Source: Williopsis jadinii
Taxonomy: Eukaryota
Reading direction: 5' to 3'
Length of the DNA: 64,000 nt
Assembly (NCBI GenBank): GCA_024346625.1
Contig: AP024666.1
Coordinates: forward strand, 62,001-126,000
Part shown: piece by piece, positions 51,901 to 63,042 of the stretch
How positions within the stretch are numbered: position 1 is the stretch's first letter
How the letters are laid out: every line of letters begins with the position of its first letter
Translations under genes and position numbers: made by a program
Notes under the pieces: model-generated
Databases searched by the model: none
The model's input: the letters and a program-made list of their open reading frames with translations, nothing else
Told to the model about the DNA's origin: nothing

Positions 51901-53313
51901 AGTATGATAAGGTCCTTGTAGTTCTACGGATAAAGAAGGATGGAGAGATTAGATTAAGATTACATGGATTGTTTTTTTATATCAATGTGGGATAAAATCA
52001 CATCCATGGGTCGACCTTCCTTGGAAGTACCTGTCTATGCAAAACCAGGTGGTATACGAAGACAAGACACATAGGTTTAGTCCATTCATCTAAAATTTTT
52101 TGAGGAAGGTGATTCCGGAGGTGCATATTGTTTAAGATAGAAGTTGATTATATGAATATTCCGACCCGACTTCAAACACTTCGTCGTCCAACCTTTAAGA
52201 ACAGCTGTAAGCGATTATCAACCCCTCCGCCCACGGCTGAGTTACACATGTACATCTTCCATTGGAAATTGGACTAGTCTCTATTATACTAAAAGCCCAC
52301 AAGGGAGACGACAAAAAGGGCCGGTAATAGAGCAGGCAGCATGCAAAAGGACGTGATATGGCTAGACTTGCAAAGTCGTACGGTAAATAGACCTCAGTCT
52401 GTTTCCTGGTTCCCTAAAAGAGGCGGTGGGGCTGCTTACTGCTTTTCAAACTCAGCCATTCTTAGGCCCTCCCTTTTCGGTGGTCTTCAGGAACCTGGAA
52501 CAGAAACCCGGCCAAAGTCGGTACAAATTGTACACTGTACTCAGAAGCTTGCAAAACAACGTTGCAAGTAAGTGAATAAACGCAATGCTTCACAAGAAGA
52601 TCAACATAGTACCTTCAAAAGGTTTCAAAGTCTCGGAAGGCATCTCGCACATGGCCCATTGGGACTTGCGAAAACCTTATACACCCGGCTGCATGAAAAA
52701 TGGGACTCGGAAAAAACACTCGCTGGACTTTGGTGAGCTTTCCAAGTCTCTTGCGAAAATCTTGCACAGAGTTGTATACGTATACAGAACATAAGCGAAG
52801 TTGATATTATACACTCTGCCTGATACAGAAGATGTCAGCCATGTCTGTGTTAGGCTCACTCGAGACTGAGACTGAGACTCGAGTTGGGGATTTGACTTAG
52901 CCATAGTGGAAGGAGCTTCCCTTTTATCGGTGATAAGAGGCTTTTCTATCTCCACCAATGATAAGCCTAGAGCCGTAACAGAAAGTTATTCCGTGCAAGT
53001 CCAATGTTGGCCGGACTGGTCTCAGTGCTGCATATGCAAGATTCTGATGCGCAATGCATCAACAAAACATAGTTCAAAGCTCATGGAGTGCCTTCCTAGG
53101 AAACGCTGGAATCTCCATAGGAAGGTAGTTCCACTATGGTGCGGGTCATACCAGTGAAGGCCGAGTGGAGAGTGTGATAAATACGACAAATTAAATTGGT
53201 CAAGAATGACACAAGCGATAAGGGAAGAGCACTGAAGATGGGGTATTTAAGACCCCAAGAACGACACCAAACGAGAGCCTTGAAGTATTCCTATCGCACG
53301 ACAAACAGCCACC
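51901..53313. promoter_or_regulatory. Divergent oxidase/OPT promoter with multiple GATAAG sites
   Basis: GATAAG at 51906, 52932, 52960 and 53217, plus GATAAA copies. Confidence 0.5.
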
Positions 53314-55635
53314 ATGGACGCAAAGGAGGTTGCCAGTGTCGGAAGCTCGTCTAAACTTAAAGGTCATACTAATACAGAGATCTATGAGATGGGGTCTTAC
53401 GATAAGGAGGAGGCTATTGTGGAAACTACTCTTTATCCTGTTGATGGCGACGTTGTTGACGTTGAAAGAATTCTCGATGAAGACGAAGACGTTTCACCGA
53501 TTCCTGAAGTTAGAGCTACAGTTCCAACAACAGATGATCCAGACTTACCGGTGAATACCGTTAGAATGTGGGTTCTTGGTATCTTATCAACAATTGTTGG
53601 TGCCGGTGTCAATCAGTTCTTCTCCATGCGTTATCCAGGTGTTACTATCTCAGCCCTCGTTTGTCAATTAGTCATTTACCCAATTGGCGTTGCTGTTGCT
53701 AAATATCTCCCTGTCTGCAATCTCAACATTGGACGTTGGACTATTCCAGTGAATCCCGACCATCACTTCAACGCAAAGGAACATGCACTGATTACAATCA
53801 TGGCAAATATCTCCTTTGCGTCATCTTATGCTACAGATGTGATTCAAGCACAAGTGGCATTTTATGGACTGCCGTTGGATACGGGATATCAGGTCCTAAT
53901 GGTTCTTACTTGTCAGCTGTTCGGTCTTGGTGTCGCAGGCTTGTTAGATAACTTCTTGGTGAAACCTTCAAGAATTTATTGGCCTTCAACTCTAGTAAAC
54001 GTTGCACTGTTCAGATCTCTACACTCGAATGAGAATCCAATCGCAAATGGCTGGAAGATTTCAAGAATCAGATTCTTCCTGATCGTGTTCACCTGTTCTT
54101 TCACTTATTACTGGTTCCCAGGTTACATTATGCCTGCTCTATCCTATTTCACCTTCATATGCTGGGCTGCGCCAAAGAACATAGTTGTGAATCAACTATT
54201 TGGTATGTCCCAAGGCTTGGGCTTCTTCCCATTGACGTTTGATTGGGCCCAAATCGCATATAACGGTTCGCCATTAGTGACACCACTTTCTGCGCAGTTG
54301 AATACACTCGGTGGTGTTGTCATTTTCATCATGATCTTGACACCTGTATTATACTATACAAACACTTTCAATTCTGCTTATCTGCCAATCAGTTCTGCAA
54401 ACGTCTTTGATAACACCGGCGCTGAGTATGATGGTTCCAGGATCATCGACTCAAATGGTAAGTTCGACCTCGCCAAATACCAGGCATATTCCCCACCTTA
54501 TTTGGCCATTTCGTATGCTGTGGCGTATGGAACTTCATACGCGGTTCTAACATCAGGCCCTATCTATGCTTATTTATATCATGGAAAGGAAATATGGGAT
54601 GCTTTTAAAGGTCGCATGAAGAAAGACGTACACGTCAGAATGATGGATAAGTACGACTCAGTTCCTAAGTGGTGGTCACTGGCTTTGACAGTCGTTGTCT
54701 TTGCTGTTACTTGCATTATTATGGAAGTTTATCATACACAATGGCCGATTTGGGGTATCTTTATGGCTTTTGGTATGGTTTTGCTCTTTGTCTTGCCTAT
54801 TGGAATAATCTACGGATCAACAAACATCAATACAAATAATATGACCGTTCTGGGCCAATTGATATCAGGTTATCTCTTACCAGGACTGCCAATTGTCGCT
54901 TTGACTTTCAAGTTCTATGCCTTTACCGGTGTGTCACAGGCTTTGTCGTTCTCATCTGACATGAAGCTCGGCTACTATATGAAGATCCCCAAAAGAGATG
55001 TGTTCAGAGCTCAGTTTATCTCTTGTGCCATTGGGGCATTGGTTCAAGTTGGAATCCTTATTTTCATGTTAAACAATGTCAAAGACATTTGCTCATCTGA
55101 TCAGGCCGACAACTTCACTTGTCCACAAGGCCGTACAAACTTTGCAGCTTCTGTTGTGTGGGGAGCTGTTGGTCCAAAGAGAATGTTTGGTATTGGTGGC
55201 CTCTATGCTCCATTCCTCAACTTATTCTGGATTGGTCCACTCTGCACTATTGTCACCTACTTCCTATACAAGAAGTTCCCTAAGAACTTCCTATTGAAGA
55301 ATCTGAACTGGGTTGTTGTCTTTGGAGGTTTGGGTAATTTCCCACCAGCCACAGGCATCAACTACACCTCTGCAATCATGGTGGCTGTCATATTCAACTA
55401 CTTCATCCGTAGAAGATACGGACAATGGTGGTCGAAATACTTGTTTGTGCTGAGTTGTGCCTTGGACGTTGGAGTTGCCTTGAGTGGTATCCTCATCTTC
55501 TTCGCCCTCTCGTATCCGGGAGTAACATTGAACTGGTGGGGAACTGTTGGGTACGCAGATACTGCAGATGGTAACCTAACACCATATTACTCACTTCCAG
55601 CCAGAGGATACTTTGGTCCTAGCACATGGGACTAG
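53314..55635 (+). CDS. OPT-family oligopeptide transporter
   Basis: SPIPEVRATV..DDP..PVNTVRMW, FNAKEH, DMKLGYYMKIP and ASVVWG motifs; many TM segments. Confidence 0.96.
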   Translation: MDAKEVASVGSSSKLKGHTNTEIYEMGSYDKEEAIVETTLYPVDGDVVDVERILDEDEDVSPIPEVRATVPTTDDPDLPVNTVRMWVLGILSTIVGAGVNQFFSMRYPGVTISALVCQLVIYPIGVAVAKYLPVCNLNIGRWTIPVNPDHHFNAKEHALITIMANISFASSYATDVIQAQVAFYGLPLDTGYQVLMVLTCQLFGLGVAGLLDNFLVKPSRIYWPSTLVNVALFRSLHSNENPIANGWKISRIRFFLIVFTCSFTYYWFPGYIMPALSYFTFICWAAPKNIVVNQLFGMSQGLGFFPLTFDWAQIAYNGSPLVTPLSAQLNTLGGVVIFIMILTPVLYYTNTFNSAYLPISSANVFDNTGAEYDGSRIIDSNGKFDLAKYQAYSPPYLAISYAVAYGTSYAVLTSGPIYAYLYHGKEIWDAFKGRMKKDVHVRMMDKYDSVPKWWSLALTVVVFAVTCIIMEVYHTQWPIWGIFMAFGMVLLFVLPIGIIYGSTNINTNNMTVLGQLISGYLLPGLPIVALTFKFYAFTGVSQALSFSSDMKLGYYMKIPKRDVFRAQFISCAIGALVQVGILIFMLNNVKDICSSDQADNFTCPQGRTNFAASVVWGAVGPKRMFGIGGLYAPFLNLFWIGPLCTIVTYFLYKKFPKNFLLKNLNWVVVFGGLGNFPPATGINYTSAIMVAVIFNYFIRRRYGQWWSKYLFVLSCALDVGVALSGILIFFALSYPGVTLNWWGTVGYADTADGNLTPYYSLPARGYFGPSTWD

Positions 55636-56484
55636 ATTGTGTTGATGTGTTCTGCGGCTGCGCCGTTGTGAAGACCTAGTAGACTCCATCTTATCCGAGT
55701 GGAATGAAGAAAATTTAATAAACAGTTGGTTCGTCTAGTAACAGGTGCGTTTGACATAGCAAGATCCACTATTGTTGTAAGGAGTCAAGCATACTTTATC
55801 CTTTCTGGCTGAAAAGATTATTCTCACGGAGCCTTTTCAACCTCATATAACCACCTTCCAAACTGTTTCTTTGGCAATTCAGCATATAGAACAGATCAGA
55901 GATAGCGGTCTGGACCGTAATACAGCAGGCATGCTGCTCTGAGTTATATGTCAGCATAAAATGATATAGAAAGTTCTCTGACATGAGCTGTAGTTCTTGA
56001 CATGTTGGGTTTGGGATGTACCCGGAAATGGCCGTTTCTTGTATATAAAATCACCAAACTAAACGAGAACAGAAAGGTCAAAAGCCCCATGATCCACTTC
56101 ATAATACAATATTTCAAGCTAAACAGCATATTGGACCTCTTAAGAAAAGTACTCTGCTCCATCCAGCTGATGCACTTGATACATATCTTGAAGAGAAACC
56201 CTCCTTTCCAAAACCTTGCTATTCAAAGAAGAAATCCATACACAGTTTCATCCAGATAAAGAGTTATCTTTCGGTCAGTCATCACTCCTCTGTGTTCAAG
56301 CATTTGTACCACTACCGGAAGATCTGTGCAGTACAAGTTGATTAAGGTAGATGAGTTACTTAAGAGACATACTAAAGCGTAGGGTAGATCTAGATCTTAC
56401 TTGAATCTCAGCTTGCACTGTATTGATTCCTTCTTTTCTTCTGTTTCTGTGTTAGTTTAAAGTGTAAGCAGAATATATATCTCA

Positions 56485-59400
56485 TTAATTGTGGGTCTCA
56501 AGTTCATCGCTAGAGAACGTTCCATCCTCTTCATCCTTGTCATCATCATCTGGATGACCAGTGTTGAAGCTGAAACTGGAGAATCTATCACGAATATGTT
56601 CAAATAGCTTTCTATCATCTTCATTATCAGTATCCTCAATGTTAGTGGAAACCCTAGAAAGTGCAGCACTCGAATTCTTTGATGACTTGAGATTCACTAA
56701 ATGAGCTTTGCTCTCATCATCATCCAACTCTAACATCTCAGCTGTTAATCTTGCAAGTGATTTCACTGAACGACGTCTCTCCAAACGCATTGGTATTGGA
56801 GTGTTCATACGTGGGAAATATGAATCAGGTTCAGGGCTTCCAGTGGCAGGAGTCTTTGAGGACTGTTTCATAGTCAAACCTGTATCTTGGATTAACTTTG
56901 CAACAAGACCAGTCCAACCACACTGATGAGAAGCTCCTAGCCCACGACCGGTATCACCTTCAAAGTACTCGAAGAATGGAACCAGATCTTGGAAATTTTC
57001 ATCAACACTGGCCTTAACGTCATCACCGTTACATGGTCTCTCCCCAGTCGATTCATCCAAGGTGAAAATAGAAATCAAACGATGCTGGATACACTCAGCA
57101 ACTTGTGCCAAATTCATCATGTTACCAGATCCTGTTGGACACTCAACTTTGAAACTCGGTCCATAGTATAAGAAAAATCTTTGTAATGACTCAACTAAGA
57201 GGAAGTTTGTTGGGAACCAAATTGGCCCTCTCCAATTGGAATTACCACCAAAGAGTCCAGAATCAGATTCACCAGGAACATATGAAATGGAGTAATCTTG
57301 ACCATTCACATACCATGAGTATGGATTCTTCTCGTGATACTTGGATAAAGATCTGATACCGAAGCTGGACAAAAACTCTTTTTCATCTAACATACGTTTC
57401 AAGATAGCTTTAAGTCTATCCTCATTCACTAACGCCAAAAGCAATCTTTCGCCAGCACCCTTTTGCGACATAGAGGCAATGTTTCTGTTGGCAAGACTAG
57501 TCTTGTTTTCAATGAACCAATTCATACGCTTCTTGAAACTTGGAAATCTCTCCAATAATTGAGGCTCCAGTGTCAAACAGGCATAAAGTGGAATCAGACC
57601 GACAAGAGATCTGATTGGTAACTGCTGTTTGGCTCCACCTTCCCAAGCAATTGCGTCATAATAGAACTGATCCTCCTCGTTCCATAGAGACTCTTCAGTT
57701 GGAGTAACAGTCCCCTTATCGGTTTCTTGTGGTTCACCCTTAAATGTCATGGCATCTGCGATCAGGAGGAAATGTTCAAAGAACTTTGAAGCAATGTCTT
57801 CATACACAGGTCTTTTCTTTGCCAACTCCAAAGCAATATTCAACATTTGCAAGCAAAAGAACGCCATCCAGCCGGTAGAATCAGCCTGCTCCAAACGGCC
57901 ACCTGTTGGTAGAGGTTCAGATCTGTTAAAGATACCAATATTATCCAACCCCAGGAATCCACCTTCAAACACATTGTTACCATCTGTATCCTTTCTGTTA
58001 ACCCACCAAGTGAAATTCAACAACAACTTTTGGAACACACGTTCCAAAAAGTCTTCATCGGTACGACCATACATCTTTCTCTCCAATTTATAAACTCTGA
58101 AGGTTGCCCAGGCATGAACTGGTGGGTTAACATCACTGAAGTTCCATTCATATGCAGGGATTTGACCGTTTGGATGCATATACCATTCACGAGTCAATAA
58201 ATCCAATTGCTTCTTTGCAAAATCCGGATCAATAAGTGCAATTGGGATACAGTGGAAGGCGGTATCCCAAGAGGCGAAGAAATTATATTCCCATTTATCA
58301 GGAAGTGAGAGAATATCGTTGATGTACATATGTTTCCACTCTTTGTTTCTACCATTTGCCCTGTTCTGGGGTGGTTTGGGCTCCACTGGATCACCTTTAA
58401 ACCAATCCTCTTGAATGAAGTGGTAAAACTGTTTTGTCCATAGCAGACCTGCAAAGGCTTGACGCTGGATCTGTCTCAATTCTTCAGAAATTGGAAATGG
58501 GGTAATTCTCCAGTAAAAATTGTCCGCTTCTTGTTCACGACGGGCAAACAATTGATCGAAAACCTGTTCATCTATGTCATTGGAAGAAGTATCCTTGGTG
58601 AATTTATATCTAATTGTGACAAAGTCACCTGGTGGAATACCGCCATCTTCATCAAACGAAAACCAAGCTGCCGCTTTTGTACCAGTTTGATCTGGGTTAA
58701 TAACATCATCAACTTCATCAACAATGTATTCATGGAAAGCGTCTTTAACGTACTTGGAGTCGTTTTCTTGATTGTACAATTTCTTCCTGTTTGTTTCGTT
58801 GTCAGTGAACAACAATTGAGGTTCAACATCAGGGTGTGATTCTGTGAGACCTGGGGAAGGGGCGAAAACCACAGCACGTTCACCAAATTTTCTATGGTTC
58901 ACACCAATTGTGTTGTCATCCAATTCGTTCAGTTCTGGCTTATAGTCATCATGGCCCCAAGACCATGTGTTTCTATAAAACACTTGTGGGATCAAATGCA
59001 AGGGAGCCGGTTTATCAGATCTGTTGTACGCTGTAATTCTAAACGCCAACTCCTCGTCAGTCTCCTTTGCCATTTCAAAAACCACGTCGAAATAGTCATT
59101 TTCGTTGAACACGCCGGCATCTGGTAGCTCAAATTCCCTTTCAACTCTCGATCTATCGGCATTCTTCTGCTTCAACTCTTCATAAGGAAATGCTGAGTGT
59201 GGATACTTGTAGACGTACTTCATGTAACTATGAGTTGGGGTGTTATCAACATAGAAGTACACCTCCTTGACATCTTCACCATGGTTACCCTGTGGGCCTG
59301 TTAAACCGTATGCCTTCTCTTTCAGGATCGGGTCCTGCTCGTTCCACATCGCAAGGGAAAAGCATAATAGCTGGTGGTTATCGCTAACACCAGCCAGTCC

Positions 59401-59622
59401 GTCCTCACCCCAACGGTAGGTTCTTGAGCGAGAATCCTCAAAGGTGAACGACTCCCAGGCATTGCCGTCATACGAGTAGTCCTCCCTTACAACACCCCAC
59501 TGCCGTTCGCTGAGGTAGGGGCCCCATCTTCTCCAATACGCCTGTTTCGCCTTATCTTCTTGTAGACGCTTCTCCTCGGCGGTAAGACCAGCCAATGAAG
59601 CGGTTGATTGCGTTCTTCTCAT
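56485..59622 (-). CDS. YMR196W-like GH63-related glycoside hydrolase (uncharacterised)
   Basis: WGPYLSERQWGVVREDYS, GNHGEDVKE, PDKWEY..FASWD, GGNSNWRGPIW and GLGASHQCGWT motifs. Confidence 0.9.
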   Translation of the reverse strand: MRRTQSTASLAGLTAEEKRLQEDKAKQAYWRRWGPYLSERQWGVVREDYSYDGNAWESFTFEDSRSRTYRWGEDGLAGVSDNHQLLCFSLAMWNEQDPILKEKAYGLTGPQGNHGEDVKEVYFYVDNTPTHSYMKYVYKYPHSAFPYEELKQKNADRSRVEREFELPDAGVFNENDYFDVVFEMAKETDEELAFRITAYNRSDKPAPLHLIPQVFYRNTWSWGHDDYKPELNELDDNTIGVNHRKFGERAVVFAPSPGLTESHPDVEPQLLFTDNETNRKKLYNQENDSKYVKDAFHEYIVDEVDDVINPDQTGTKAAAWFSFDEDGGIPPGDFVTIRYKFTKDTSSNDIDEQVFDQLFARREQEADNFYWRITPFPISEELRQIQRQAFAGLLWTKQFYHFIQEDWFKGDPVEPKPPQNRANGRNKEWKHMYINDILSLPDKWEYNFFASWDTAFHCIPIALIDPDFAKKQLDLLTREWYMHPNGQIPAYEWNFSDVNPPVHAWATFRVYKLERKMYGRTDEDFLERVFQKLLLNFTWWVNRKDTDGNNVFEGGFLGLDNIGIFNRSEPLPTGGRLEQADSTGWMAFFCLQMLNIALELAKKRPVYEDIASKFFEHFLLIADAMTFKGEPQETDKGTVTPTEESLWNEEDQFYYDAIAWEGGAKQQLPIRSLVGLIPLYACLTLEPQLLERFPSFKKRMNWFIENKTSLANRNIASMSQKGAGERLLLALVNEDRLKAILKRMLDEKEFLSSFGIRSLSKYHEKNPYSWYVNGQDYSISYVPGESDSGLFGGNSNWRGPIWFPTNFLLVESLQRFFLYYGPSFKVECPTGSGNMMNLAQVAECIQHRLISIFTLDESTGERPCNGDDVKASVDENFQDLVPFFEYFEGDTGRGLGASHQCGWTGLVAKLIQDTGLTMKQSSKTPATGSPEPDSYFPRMNTPIPMRLERRRSVKSLARLTAEMLELDDDESKAHLVNLKSSKNSSAALSRVSTNIEDTDNEDDRKLFEHIRDRFSSFSFNTGHPDDDDKDEEDGTFSSDELETHN

Positions 59623-61440
59623 ACTCGTTCCCTTGATACACAGTATGAGTTAGACTATTGAGCCAACTTCTTCAAGCAAAGAAAAAAAAATTGGCGTGCC
59701 TTTTTATATAAGTACCGCCCCCCTTTGTTGTTGTTATTGTAGGTTGATTGCTACTTCTAGGTTAAAAACAAAAGATCCCGCGTTGGAAGTTCCGTTTCTC
59801 TGCCGCGTCGCTGATAAAACACAACACACGCACACAAAGCGTTTAGCCGCCCACACAAACACCATCACTGGTTCTTGCTGTGTTAACCGAGTCTGGGCAG
59901 CTTTCCCAACTCCAACGGCTGTTTGTGACCCATTGAGCTTTACCTCCAATGTTGAGAATCGACGCTCCAAGTATCGTAGTTGGTGATAGGATGTTTGGGC
60001 TGTTAACTAGGCACTAACGCTTTATTTTCAGTCTGATGCTATGGAAGAAATGCACTGCTGCACACCAATTCTGCGAGTGTTGTGGATTTCGCTCAATTGG
60101 CCTATCACTGTGTTGGAACGTGTGTGGTTTCAGCGGTCCACGAGCTAGCCGGAATGAAACGCTTGTAGGGTATTTCCAATTTTACCGCGTCTACGGCTAT
60201 CAAGCTGACATAGTTGCGGAAGCGATGAGGTCGGAAATGAAAATCCAAGCATCCACCTCGGATTCCGGCTCACCAAGAAATGTCTGTGGTTGAATGGTAC
60301 AGAGCCTCCAGCTCGCACCTACACCTTGTAGAAGCCTGTGTATACATGGCGATTTGTGCAATGGGCTGGCATTAGTTAGCCATACATACGTGAGCAGTGT
60401 GGTTTAGTGTGATATTCAGCATATGCACCAGAAAAACAGTGATTGTCTCCCTAAACGTGTGTTGATGCGCAAGGATGGAGCTGCTGCACTGTCGGCGTAT
60501 TGATGGGAAGCAAGCGTACTTTAAACTTTAGGAGTTTGGTGCTAAAGCCCAGCTTCTGTATCGCAACTGTCTTTCACGATTGCTAGCAGACTCAACTGTA
60601 ATAACAAGCTCACGGGTTAATTGATAAGAGCAACCGCTAGAAGCAGATAGCCACTACTCACCTGTTTCCTGTACCAATTATGCACCACCGTGCCATCTTA
60701 AGTTTCGTCTGTACAGAGGGAAGACGAGGAGTGCGGGACAGAGAGGACGTCAGAGGACAGTTCCCGGTGCGCCAATTGACAAAGAGACAGTGAGTGATGG
60801 GACCAGAGGTGACAGAATCCCGATGATATATAACACATGGCCCACCACAGTAGTGGTTCGAATTTAACGGCTTGGCCATACATTGAGAGCCTGCTGTTAC
60901 GGCCCGAACGCCATTGATGTCCAAACATCACCACGATCCATCCCATAAAAAGTGGTAGTCTACAAGCTTCTCATTTGGGGCATTCATAAAAAGGGCACTC
61001 TGCCCCTCCAATGACTGAGAGCTCATCCCACCATCTCGTCCCCCACCAAAAAGAAAAATAAACTCGGAGTTTCCCCAGACGAGTTCCCTTTGTCTCGGTC
61101 ACTCTCGGGTAAAAGGCGCTGCTGCGCCTACCACTGATCACTCGTACAACAAAGCAAAAAAGAGTCACTTCACACAGAAATTAGCCAGAGAGAGAAAAAA
61201 ACTCAGCGGCAACAAAACAATTCAAAACAAACACAAAAACAACTAACAAAATAAAGGGGGAAAAGCGTAAACAAACAACACGTCAGAGAACGAATAGCTC
61301 ACCTTTTCACTGCCTGATTACTATACAACCACCCACTTTCCAACAGAGCGGTTGAACAAATAAGCGGGTTTCTTTGTATCAGTTTTGGTGTGTTTCGATT
61401 CTCGTCATCTCCTTCTCACTCCCTCTTGCTCAACTAGACA

Positions 61441-62844
61441 ATGACTACTCCTTCAAAGTTCCCAGGGTTCAGACAGGCTGGTCCTTCGACTCCACAACCG
61501 GGCAGCGGCTCAAGACAGGCCTCCATTGTGGAAATGCTATCTACGCCACCACCGCTAGAGGCGTATACCGCTGAGCGCCGTGCCAGCGAGGAGATTCCTA
61601 AATCTGAGCTGCTGAGTAGAAACCCTTCCCAGTCTTCACAGTCATCTGCCGGTGTTAGGGACTGGCAGGATGTCAAGCTCAGTGAGCTGATCGAATCAGC
61701 AAAGTTGATTTTCATCAAGTCCAACATCAGCGTGGAGCAAGCGTTCAACGTGTTAGAGGATAACAACTTGACTTCGCTACCTGTTGAGGAGTTTGATAAC
61801 GATATGAACTGTTTAACTTTTGACTATACGGATTTGAACGCATACCTCTTGTTGGTTTTAGGCAAGTTGCAAATCAGCGAACAGGCATTTGCGCAGAACT
61901 CATCCTACAAGAACCTGGATGAAGTTGCGGATCTCATACAGAAGGCTAAAAAAGGTGATCAAGTGCCAGTGAAATTTGTCGTGCAATTGGCTCCAAAGAA
62001 TCCATTCTACAAACTACCAGAAACTGATTCGCTTTCCACAGTGGTGGAAATCTTGGGGTCCGGAGTTCACAGAATTGCAATCATTAACGAACAGGCAACT
62101 AGAATCACAGGTATTCTCTCACAGAGAAGATTGATCAAGTACTTTTGGGATAACGCCAGAAGATTCCCATCTTTGGAACCAATCTTCCAATCAACGCTAT
62201 CGGAGGTGAATATCGGTAACTCAAAAGTTATGTCAGTGTTTGGAGATGAACCGCTAATGAATGCTCTTGTCAAGATGAACGTTGAAAGAATATCATCCGT
62301 TGCAGTTGTTGACCATCATTTGAACTTGTTAGGTAATATCTCGGTTACCGACGTTAAATTTGTCACAAAGTCTTCCCAATCGCCATTACTCCACAAGAGT
62401 TGTCTACACTTTGTGAGTCTTATCTTGAACCATAGAGGTATTGAAGACGGTAAGGATTCCTTCCCAATCTTCCACGTTTATCCAACTTCCTCCATCGGTA
62501 GAACAATTGCCAAGTTGGTTGCAACAAAATCCCATAGACTCTGGGTCGTTAGACCTTATGCACCATCATCGGCCTCGTCTAACCAATCAACATCATCTGC
62601 ATCCTCGGTCAACGTTGAGAGTAATCCACTCAACCCAGAAAATGAAGGAAGAGCAGGAAAATTGATAGGTGTGGTGTCGTTAACTGACATCTTGGGATTG
62701 ATTGCAAGAAGACATGGTAAATATTATGTTGATCCGAACCAGGCAAGAAAGCAAAGAAGAAGATCCTCTTCCTCTTCAACGAGATCCTCGGGTTCCTTGG
62801 AGCAGTTTAGAAGATCAATCAGTGGTGCTTCTGATCTAAGATGA
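61441..62844 (+). CDS. SDS23: Sds23/Sds24 CBS-domain protein
   Basis: SIVEMLSTPP, CLTFDYTDLNAYLLLV, GSGVHR, LLGNISVTDVK and KLVATKSHRLW motifs. Confidence 0.92.
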   Translation: MTTPSKFPGFRQAGPSTPQPGSGSRQASIVEMLSTPPPLEAYTAERRASEEIPKSELLSRNPSQSSQSSAGVRDWQDVKLSELIESAKLIFIKSNISVEQAFNVLEDNNLTSLPVEEFDNDMNCLTFDYTDLNAYLLLVLGKLQISEQAFAQNSSYKNLDEVADLIQKAKKGDQVPVKFVVQLAPKNPFYKLPETDSLSTVVEILGSGVHRIAIINEQATRITGILSQRRLIKYFWDNARRFPSLEPIFQSTLSEVNIGNSKVMSVFGDEPLMNALVKMNVERISSVAVVDHHLNLLGNISVTDVKFVTKSSQSPLLHKSCLHFVSLILNHRGIEDGKDSFPIFHVYPTSSIGRTIAKLVATKSHRLWVVRPYAPSSASSNQSTSSASSVNVESNPLNPENEGRAGKLIGVVSLTDILGLIARRHGKYYVDPNQARKQRRRSSSSSTRSSGSLEQFRRSISGASDLR

Positions 62845-63042
62845 AACTTGTACAGCGCCTGACGTCTTTTTTTCAGGAAACACGGGCAACCTCTTTAAGA
62901 TTATATTATTTCTTTTTTTTATTACACTCTTTATTGAACTGTTATCTGTCTTTATTTATAGAAAGAATCAACAGAACGAAAGAAAGGAAACCATTTTGCA
63001 TAAAACACTGTATATATATTGTAAAATTGTACGTATAACCTA

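Noticed and set aside
56485..59622. GH63-like gene as part of the glycated-amino-acid cluster
   Set aside because: Its position near VTI1 is shared with S. cerevisiae, so it is the core flank of the island rather than cargo.
59623..61440. Short ORFs in the 1.8-kb YMR196W-like/SDS23 spacer
   Set aside because: No recognisable homology or coding-like composition; consistent with a long divergent promoter.
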